This document shows positions 57,512-64,000 of a stretch of 64,000 nt of DNA, piece by piece. A model generated the notes under the pieces. It searched no databases, was not told the DNA's origin, and saw only the letters and a program-made list of their open reading frames with translations. Position numbers and translations under genes: made by a program. How positions within the stretch are numbered: the first letter of the stretch is position 1; each line of letters starts with the position of its first letter. Source of the stretch: Candidatus Hecatella orcuttiae (GTDB taxonomy: Archaea > Thermoproteota > Bathyarchaeia > Hecatellales > Hecatellaceae); assembly GCA_002011035.2 (NCBI GenBank), contig MTLY02000002.1, forward strand, positions 352,001 through 416,000, read 5' to 3'.

Positions 57512-57745
57512 TTTCCTCCCCCACTGTAAAGACATTTCCCTTTTAAGCCTCCCCAGCCGCTTTTTAACCTCCAACTCCACCGTTACAGTTTTCACGGCAT
57601 CCACGGATAGTTAATACCATTAATACTTTAAATACTCTACGGAACACGTTTTCAGCAAAAACTTGACAGGATCCGGCATCGATACTTATTTATGCTTGTG
57701 TTGAAGTTTATAGCTGATCCCAGAGCCTTTAGGGGATAGGTTAAA

Positions 57746-59206
57746 ATGAGGGTCCTCCTAGTCCAGCCTCCCACCCCCTTGGAGGTGGAGACCCTCTCCT
57801 CTATCGACATGGTCGCCCCCTCCATGGGCCTCGCCTACCTGGCCGCGGTGCTGGAGCAGCACGGCTATGCGGTGGAGATCCTCGACGCCCCCGCCCTCCA
57901 AGTCACCCACGAGCAGCTTCCCCGGGAGCTGGAGCGACGTAAACCCGACCTGGTGGGGGTCACTGCCACCACAGCTGTCATAGGCAGCGCGCTGAAAACC
58001 GCGGAGACAGCCAAAGCCGTCCTGCCCGAGGCCACGGTGGTGCTGGGCGGAGCCCACCTGACTTTCACCCAGGAGACCACCATGAGTCTCTGCCCCTCCG
58101 TGGATGTGGGGGTGGTGGGGGAAGGCGAGTACACGCTGCTGGAACTGGTTCAAACCCTTGAAAAGGGCGGCAGCCTCAAGGATGTTAAAGGAATCATCTA
58201 CCGGGAGGACGGTAGGTTGGTTAAGACGCCGCCTCGGCCTCTCATCGCCAACTTGGATGAGCTTCCCTTCCCAGCCCGCCACCTGCTTCCCATGGACCAG
58301 TACCGGGCTTTTGGCAAGAAGCGAATCCTAGGCACTATCTTCACCAGCCGGGGCTGTCCTTTCAGCTGCATCTTCTGCTCCTCCTCCCTCCTCTTCGGCA
58401 AGAAGTTCAGAGCCCGAAGCCCCAAGAACGTGGTGGACGAGATCGAACAGTTCCAACGGGAGTACAACAGCAAGTTCGTGGAGATCATCGACGACATCTT
58501 CATCCTCGACAGGAAGAGGGCAGAGGCCATCTGCCGCGAGCTGATGGAGCGGAACCTAGGCACCGTCTGGGTCTGCTCCGCCCGCATAGACCTGATGACC
58601 AAGGAGCTGATGCAGATGCTGAGGAAAGCCGGCTGCGTCATGATCTACTACGGCGTGGAATCCGGCGTCCAGAGGGTGGTGGACCTGATGAAGAAAGGCA
58701 TCAAGGTGGACCACGCTTTCAAAGTCATCCAGTGGGCTAGGGAGCTGGGCATGGAGTCCGTGGCCTCCTTCGTCGTGGGAATCCCCGGGGAAACCTGGGA
58801 GGAAGCCGTGCAGACCATCAAGTTCGCCAAGAAGCTCAACGCTGAGTACGCCCAGTTCGCCATCGCCACCCCGTTCCCTGGAACCGAGCTCTATGAAATG
58901 GCGAAGAGGGAAGGCCTCCTCCTCACCGAAGACTGGTCCCAGTACACGGTGTTGAAGCCTGTGATGAGAACCCGGGAGCTCTCCGCGGAGCAGCTTAAGA
59001 AGCTCATCCGGAAATGCTACCTGGAGTACTATCTCAGGCCCCGGATCATGTGGAACTACATCCGCCGAGGTCACGCCAGGGAGCTGCTGGTGAACGTCAT
59101 CGGCCACTACCTTTGGCAGGCGGTGAAGGCTGGGGTGAAGGGCCTCTTCAAACCCGCGGCTTCCACCCCGCCTCCGGTGGACTCCGAGCTGAGGGTGAAA
59201 ACCTAG
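57746..59206 (+). CDS. Cobalamin-binding radical SAM protein (class B methyltransferase-like)
   Basis: P.MGLAYLAA, LGGAH, GEGE, SRGCPFSCIFC, GVESG, GIPGET, TPFPGT. Confidence 0.93.
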   Translation: MRVLLVQPPTPLEVETLSSIDMVAPSMGLAYLAAVLEQHGYAVEILDAPALQVTHEQLPRELERRKPDLVGVTATTAVIGSALKTAETAKAVLPEATVVLGGAHLTFTQETTMSLCPSVDVGVVGEGEYTLLELVQTLEKGGSLKDVKGIIYREDGRLVKTPPRPLIANLDELPFPARHLLPMDQYRAFGKKRILGTIFTSRGCPFSCIFCSSSLLFGKKFRARSPKNVVDEIEQFQREYNSKFVEIIDDIFILDRKRAEAICRELMERNLGTVWVCSARIDLMTKELMQMLRKAGCVMIYYGVESGVQRVVDLMKKGIKVDHAFKVIQWARELGMESVASFVVGIPGETWEEAVQTIKFAKKLNAEYAQFAIATPFPGTELYEMAKREGLLLTEDWSQYTVLKPVMRTRELSAEQLKKLIRKCYLEYYLRPRIMWNYIRRGHARELLVNVIGHYLWQAVKAGVKGLFKPAASTPPPVDSELRVKT

Positions 59207-59264
59207 CCGGCTGCCAAACCTAATTATCCCCTGCGAGAAACCTTAGAGAAGGGCGTGGTGAGGT

Positions 59265-59855
59265 TTGTTTGACCTTGAAGGCTACGGGATCCTCAGCCTT
59301 TTCCTAGTGGCCTTCGCCGTCAACCTGCTTCCCTTCACCAGCCCCTCCAACCTTTTCATCGCCTTCAACTTCGCCCTCCTCACTCCTGTTCAGCCTCTGG
59401 CCGTCGGCTTCCTCGTGGCCTCCGCGGCCTCCGCAGCCAAGCTTCTCCATTATTATGTGGTCTTCTTTCTGAGAAGCGCCATGGGAGCCTCCCGGAGAGC
59501 CTCCTTGGAGAGGCTGGGCTCCGCCCTCGGGCGTTGGAGTCTCCTAGCCGTGGTCGTGGCAGCTGTGACGCCCATCCCCGACGACCCCGTCATCCTACCC
59601 TTGGGCCTGCTCAAGTACAGCCCTCTGAAGCTGGCCCTAGGCTACTTCGCCGGAAAAATGGCTGTGGCCAGTGTAGGCGGCTACTTGGGGAAGGTGGGTG
59701 TAGCGGTCTTCCAGCCGCTGGTGGGAGGAACCGCCCTGATGGCCGTCTCCCTTGCCTTAACGGTGGCGGCTGCCGTGGTTTTGGTGAAGGTGAACCCGGA
59801 GGAGCTGCTGAGAAGGCTGAAGAGGCCTCCTGCAGGGAGGGGGGAAAAAGCCTGA
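59265..59855 (+). CDS. DedA/VTT (YqaA-like) membrane protein
   Basis: Hydrophobic throughout, NLLPF re-entrant-type motif, AVTPIPDD...LG..KY, YFAGK. Confidence 0.78.
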   Translation: MFDLEGYGILSLFLVAFAVNLLPFTSPSNLFIAFNFALLTPVQPLAVGFLVASAASAAKLLHYYVVFFLRSAMGASRRASLERLGSALGRWSLLAVVVAAVTPIPDDPVILPLGLLKYSPLKLALGYFAGKMAVASVGGYLGKVGVAVFQPLVGGTALMAVSLALTVAAAVVLVKVNPEELLRRLKRPPAGRGEKA

Positions 59856-61432
59856 GGCTAGGCAGCCCCAAGATAGTTCTAACCGCCCCTGCCACGGAGA
59901 TGAGCACCCACCACCGGAAGGTCTTCCTAGGCTTCGGAGCCTGCCTTTCCAACCCCCCCTTTCCCCCCTGGTTTGTGAAGCGGCTTTTCTATCCGCCCGT
60001 CTCCCACAGCCGGGGGAAAGCGGACTTCGCCCCCTACAACCTGAGGAAGGTGGAGGCCTGTCTCTTGGAGAAAGGAGGCTTCCGGGAGTCCGAGGTGGCG
60101 ACGGTGCACCCCCAGAGGCTAAGCCGGGTGGTGGGGTCTGAAACCCGGGTGGTAGGTGTCACGGTCATGGACCCTCTAGGCCTAGGGCCCACCAGCCTCA
60201 CCTTCGCCTCCCTCTTCCGAGGGGAAACCGCCACCTGCCGGGAGTTTCGGAGGCTGATGGCTCAGGAGCCCCTTGCCTCCCGTCGGCTGCCCGTGGTGGT
60301 GGGCGGTATGGGCGCTTGGCAGCTCTATTACACGCCTGGGGCTCGAGAAAAGTACGGTATCTCCACGCTGGTCTTGGGGGAGGGAGAAAAGGTGGTGCCG
60401 GAGCTCTTCGCCAAGGCCGTGGAAGGAGCGCCTCTGCCCCCGGTAATCTTCGGAGAAGACGCGGAGGTAGAGGCTATTCCCACCATCCGGAAGCCGGCGG
60501 TAGGGGGCTTGGTGGAGGTGGCTCGGGGATGCGGGAGAAACTGCCAGTTCTGCTCCCCCACCCTCCGGGGGAGGAGGGACATGGCCCTCGGCCAGATAGT
60601 GGCGGAGGCCAGGCTCAACGTGGAGGGCGGCTGCCCCCGGCTCTGCCTCCATGCGGAGGACGTTCTGGGCTACGGCTCCGACGGCTGGAGCCGGTTTAAG
60701 CCCAACCGGGAGAAGGTGCTGGGGCTTTTCCGGAGGCTGGCGGCTGAGGTCGGCGCCCACCGGCTGGGGGTCAGCCATGTGACCCTTTCCTCCATAGCCG
60801 CGGACCCGGGGTTGGTGGAGGAGGTTTCCCAGCTTCTCCAAGTGGGCCCGGGGGCGCCTCTCTTCGGCTATCAGACAGGCATTGAAACCGGCAGTGTGAG
60901 GCTTATCAGGAGGCTGATGGCTGGGAAGCCTCTGCCCTTCAAGCCTGAGGAATGGCCTGAGGTGGTGGTTCAAGGGTTCGGAGTGTCCAAGGACTGCAGC
61001 TGGGTTCCCGCGGCCACCCTCATCATGGGCCTCCCGGGGGAGAGGGAGGAAGACGTCAACGCCAGCCTCGACCTGCTGGACGGGCTGAGGGACTGTCCAT
61101 CCTTCGTCATCCCCCAGTTTTTCATGCCCATCACCGAAACCCTGCTGGAGAAGGCGCCGCGGTTCGATGTGGAGGCCATGGGGGAAGCCCACGGCCTGCT
61201 ACTCCTCCGCTGCTTGGAGCATTCCGTCCGCTGGGCTGACCACCTGAGGCAGCGGCTCTTCCAGAGGGACGCCCCCTGGCTCAGGCTGGGCTACTGGCTG
61301 GGCTACAGGCTGCTCTACTTCTTCGCTTGGCTGGGGGGAAAGAAAATAGCGGGGAGGCTGGGGCTGAACTGGCGCCGCCTCCAAGCCGCCGGCCTCCCAC
61401 GGGAAAGCGGAATCCAGCCTTCCGGAGATTAG
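59852..61432 (+). CDS. Radical SAM protein of the GDGT ring synthase / GMGT synthase (Grs/Gms) family
   Basis: KIVLT, HH.K.FLGF, APY.LRKVEA.L, MDPLGLGP, GG.GAWQL, GEGE, RGCGRNCQFC, HAED, SH, GIETGS, KP.PF.PEEW, P.AT.I.GLP. Probable CTG start in CTGA overlap with the upstream stop. Confidence 0.8.
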   Translation: MRLGSPKIVLTAPATEMSTHHRKVFLGFGACLSNPPFPPWFVKRLFYPPVSHSRGKADFAPYNLRKVEACLLEKGGFRESEVATVHPQRLSRVVGSETRVVGVTVMDPLGLGPTSLTFASLFRGETATCREFRRLMAQEPLASRRLPVVVGGMGAWQLYYTPGAREKYGISTLVLGEGEKVVPELFAKAVEGAPLPPVIFGEDAEVEAIPTIRKPAVGGLVEVARGCGRNCQFCSPTLRGRRDMALGQIVAEARLNVEGGCPRLCLHAEDVLGYGSDGWSRFKPNREKVLGLFRRLAAEVGAHRLGVSHVTLSSIAADPGLVEEVSQLLQVGPGAPLFGYQTGIETGSVRLIRRLMAGKPLPFKPEEWPEVVVQGFGVSKDCSWVPAATLIMGLPGEREEDVNASLDLLDGLRDCPSFVIPQFFMPITETLLEKAPRFDVEAMGEAHGLLLLRCLEHSVRWADHLRQRLFQRDAPWLRLGYWLGYRLLYFFAWLGGKKIAGRLGLNWRRLQAAGLPRESGIQPSGD

Positions 61433-61974
61433 AGCTTCTCCCCGCTTGGAAACTCCTCGGCCAATTCCCGAGCTAGGCGGCTGCGGTTGTCCGTGGTGAC
61501 CTCCAAGAGGCGGGCTGCAGGGTGGGCTCTGAGCCTCTGGATGAGGGAGTCTCGAGCTCGGTGGTGGACGGTGACCACCAGCGGCTTCCCGCTTTCCACC
61601 GCCTCCTCCACGGCCTGCTTGAAGCTGGGAGAAAACAGCTCCATGGGGCCGACTTCGTCGACGAAGACCACGTCCGCCTCCGCCACCGCCCTCCGCACAG
61701 CCTCCACGCCCACCGCCTCCAAGTCGGCTAGGTTGACCCGGTATTTTCCCAGCCGCGGCCCCTGAGCTTGGTGGACGTGGGCTAGGACGCCCCGGCGGCC
61801 GGTGGCCAGGTCGGTGACCTCGAAGCCTAGGCGGGTGGAGCCTTGTCGGATTTCGCCGGTGGCCATGCCGCCTACCCGGTAGCCTCTCTCGGCTAGGAGC
61901 TCGGCCAGTTTCCTGAAGACGGTGCTTTTCCCCACGCCGGGTAGGCCTGTGAGGAGGAGGATGCGCGGCCGCAT
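61429..61974 (-). CDS. Nucleoside-triphosphatase THEP1 family
   Basis: LTGLPGVGKST, RLGF, GKYRV, VDEVGPMEL.S, NR. Confidence 0.94.
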   Translation of the reverse strand: MRPRILLLTGLPGVGKSTVFRKLAELLAERGYRVGGMATGEIRQGSTRLGFEVTDLATGRRGVLAHVHQAQGPRLGKYRVNLADLEAVGVEAVRRAVAEADVVFVDEVGPMELFSPSFKQAVEEAVESGKPLVVTVHHRARDSLIQRLRAHPAARLLEVTTDNRSRLARELAEEFPSGEKL

Positions 61975-62093
61975 GGCTTGGGACCGAGAATGTTTAGTCT
62001 GAGAAAACATAAAAACCAACCTTCCGAGGATGTTTTTGTCGCCGCAAATAATTTCAGGAGTTTGACCGTGAATTCAGGGGTCTGGTTGGCGGT

Positions 62094-62351
62094 TTATGGC
62101 TTGTAGATTTTCTTCCTATGCCCGACGGCTATGAGGGTTATGGTTTTGGTCTCTTCGTCGACGGCGTATATGACGTTGTAGTTTCCGATTGTCAAGCTGT
62201 ATCTCCCTTTTAGGTCTCCGTGGAGGGGTTTGCCTAGGTGTGGGTTTTCTTGCAGCTGGCGGATTTTCCGGTCAGTTCTCCGCTTGGATTCTAGGCTTAG
62301 TTTTCGGAAGTCTCTTTCAAAACTCTTCGTGGAGAGCAGCCTATATTTCGT
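62094..62351 (-). CDS. relE: RelE/ParE family toxin with non-canonical ACG start (possibly attenuated or a pseudogene), absent from the ORF track
   Basis: Translates (T)KYRLLSTKSFERDFRKL...ENPHLGKPLHGDLKGRYSLTIGNYNVIYAVD...LIAVGHRKKIYKP. Overlaps the antitoxin stop. Confidence 0.85.
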   Translation of the reverse strand, partial: TKYRLLSTKSFERDFRKLSLESKRRTDRKIRQLQENPHLGKPLHGDLKGRYSLTIGNYNVIYAVDEETKTITLIAVGHRKKIYKP

Positions 62352-62559
62352 CGGACTTTCTGAGCTCCTCGACGAATTCTTCGTAGCTTCTCGTCCGCCC
62401 GGCTTTAAGGTCGGCCTCCCCCCTCCGAATGGCCTTCACCATCTCACGGTTGGCTAGGATGTCCAGTGTCTCGATAAGTTCCTCGAGCAGGTTTTTTGTC
62501 CGAACCAGAAGCTCCGTCTGCTCGCGGTTTAAGACCACAGAATCCATCTCGATCAGCAT
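62341..62559 (-). CDS. Putative antitoxin of the RelE pair
   Basis: EELIETLDILAN.EMVKAIRRGEADLKAGR...YEE, typical Phd/RelB-like C-terminal segment. Confidence 0.82.
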   Translation of the reverse strand: MLIEMDSVVLNREQTELLVRTKNLLEELIETLDILANREMVKAIRRGEADLKAGRTRSYEEFVEELRKSDEI

Positions 62560-62584
62560 TCAAAGCGTTAATCTTGTTCATATG

Positions 62585-62839
62585 TTATTGTTCTGTTTTC
62601 TCCGGTGATGTCTGCAAGCGATTCAGGAGGCTGTTAGCGGCTGCGGCTTTTATTTCTCTGGCTATTTCTTGGGCCAAGGCTTTGGCTAGGTTTCTTCGGG
62701 TGTTTATGATTTCGATTCCCGCAACCTCGCCGTCCCTGCCGTATTCCAGTCGGATGTCTTCGTCGTTCTCCTTGCTGTCGAAGACTCGGCTGTCTCTGGC
62801 CACGATGTACAGGCTGTCTTCTTCCGGGTTGTAGTTCAC
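62585..62839 (-). CDS. DUF2283 family protein
   Basis: YNPEEDSLYI...DIRLEY...GEVAGIEIIN. Confidence 0.85.
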   Translation of the reverse strand: MNYNPEEDSLYIVARDSRVFDSKENDEDIRLEYGRDGEVAGIEIINTRRNLAKALAQEIAREIKAAAANSLLNRLQTSPEKTEQ

Positions 62840-62942
62840 CTTTAAAGCCGCGTTCCCTTTTATTGGGAGGCTGCCTCTTCGATTTTAACGTTTATGAAAG
62901 GTTTAAGCTGGTGTTGAAGCAAACCTACTTGGAGTGTTCTGG

Positions 62943-63077
62943 GTGGGCGAATCTGTCACGTTGGAGATGGTCTACAGGGAGGTTAGAAGCATCAGGGGGA
63001 TGCTTGAGAAGGTTCGGAAGGGAGAGTACGTGGCGCTCGAAGAGGCTGAGAAGAAGCTGGGTTTTACTCGGATTTGA
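62943..63077 (+). pseudogene. Short antitoxin-like ORF or remnant (44 aa)
   Basis: VGESVTLEMVYREVRSIRGMLEKVRKGEYVALEEAEKKLG. GEYV.LEE..K.LG resembles archaeal antitoxin C-termini. No toxin follows. Confidence 0.45.
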
Positions 63078-63999
63078 CTAGGCCGGTTTTGGGGCCTAGG
63101 ATGATGGCGGTGGAGTGGGCTTTGAGGAGGGCTGGAAGCAGCTTGGGTTTCCCTTCTCTGGCCACTACCTCCGAGTCGTAGGCGCAGATGGCCGTCAGGG
63201 GGATTTCCAAGGTCCGATGGAGGGCGCGCTCGTAGGCTACCAGCTCTTTGACCATTCCGTGGTTGAAGAAGCAGGCCATCTCCCCGGCGACCCGGAGGCC
63301 TTGGAAGCCCCGGGCTTTCGCCTCCTCCAGCAGCTTCTTCCACAGCCTCAGGGTTTTGGCCATGTCGAACTTTCCGTCGATGATGTACCATTCTTGGTAG
63401 GGGATGACCTTCAATGCGCCTTTTCTCTTGTGTCTCTCCACGTCGATTCCGAACTTCTCCATAGCCCGCCTGACCTGGTCGCAGGCCTCTTGGCCGGCCA
63501 CGTAGGCGGCGGCTTCCTCCTCCTCCAGCCCGGCTTTCAGGTAGGTGAAGAGGACGCGGTGCTTGTCTTCGGGGTCTGTGTAGAAGAGGGCCACGTGGTC
63601 GGTGGGCTTCATCTTCTTGACAAACTCTAGGATTCCCGCCTTCTCCATCTTCGCCTCCCGGTCCCTCGGAGGGGCTGGAAATGGGAGGTAGGCGGTTTGA
63701 GTCCAGAGGCCCCGGGCTTGCTGTACGTAGTCGGCGAAGGCATAGCCTTCTTTTTCCTCGAAGTTCAGCCCCATCCTCCGGTAGAGCTTTCTGAGGATGG
63801 CTCTCAGGAGGACTGGAGCTCCGAGGCCGAACAGCCTTTCCAGCCCTTGGGCGAAGGCTTCGGGCTTTCGGGGAATATCCCTTCTTCTGAGGTGGAGGTC
63901 TCTCTCCAGATGGTAGTAGATGGCTTGGGCGGGGGGCTTTCCCACCACGGCGACTAGGCCTTCGTCCACGACCTCCAGCAGAAGCCGTCGGAATTCAGT
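63064..63999 (-). CDS. MEDS sensory-domain protein with N-terminal DUF3227/NitrOD5-like domain, 5' partial
   Basis: Frame is open to the window edge. DEGL..VG....IYYHLE....R.DIP.KPE.F..GLE.LFG.GA, then MEDS motifs HVALFY, YLKAGL, GLRVAGEM, YE, ICAYD. Confidence 0.88.
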   Translation of the reverse strand, partial: TEFRRLLLEVVDEGLVAVVGKPPAQAIYYHLERDLHLRRRDIPRKPEAFAQGLERLFGLGAPVLLRAILRKLYRRMGLNFEEKEGYAFADYVQQARGLWTQTAYLPFPAPPRDREAKMEKAGILEFVKKMKPTDHVALFYTDPEDKHRVLFTYLKAGLEEEEAAAYVAGQEACDQVRRAMEKFGIDVERHKRKGALKVIPYQEWYIIDGKFDMAKTLRLWKKLLEEAKARGFQGLRVAGEMACFFNHGMVKELVAYERALHRTLEIPLTAICAYDSEVVAREGKPKLLPALLKAHSTAIILGPKTGLVKSE

Positions 64000-64000
64000 T

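Noticed and set aside
59534-59851. 106-aa N-terminal extension of the radical SAM ORF
   Set aside because: It lies in an alternative frame of the DedA-like gene and has low-complexity composition. Family similarity starts only after 59852.
60182-61192. Long 336-aa antisense ORF, and many similar antisense ORFs in GC-rich genes
   Set aside because: It mirrors a well-supported gene on the other strand. This is expected from GC-rich codon bias, and no motifs were found.

Overview
Gene-dense archaeal chromosome segment. DNA polymerase D small subunit, CdvB/Snf7-type ESCRT-III, eS24/eS31, type II GAPDH and BHB-intron tRNA together point to a TACK-type, probably Bathyarchaeia-like, archaeon (inference). 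About 70 CDS and three tRNAs are present: Ser-CGA with two introns, Cys-GCA and Leu-TAG. No rRNA, cas genes, integrase or transposase were seen. The most striking part is the first 6.5 kb. It holds a non-coding array of palindromic TCACnnnTGA boxes, arranged as 12-bp-spaced pairs around an ~80% AT core and flanked by three putative DNA-binding genes, one a membrane-anchored coiled-coil winged-helix protein. About 3.3 kb further on, a soluble ESCRT-III gene is followed by an ESCRT-III paralogue fused to about four transmembrane helices. Together these are a candidate undescribed origin/centromere-tethering and membrane-remodelling locus. Other points: a candidate tetraether-lipid modification module (B12 radical SAM, DedA-like protein, Grs/Gms-family radical SAM), a lower-GC catabolic island (LIV-type ABC transporter, Mo-hydroxylase, Na+-decarboxylase subunits), probable CTG start codons, a RelE gene with an ACG start missed by the ORF track, and a 32/33-bp duplication at the hisS/endA junction. 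All family assignments come from motif recognition by eye, not database searches.
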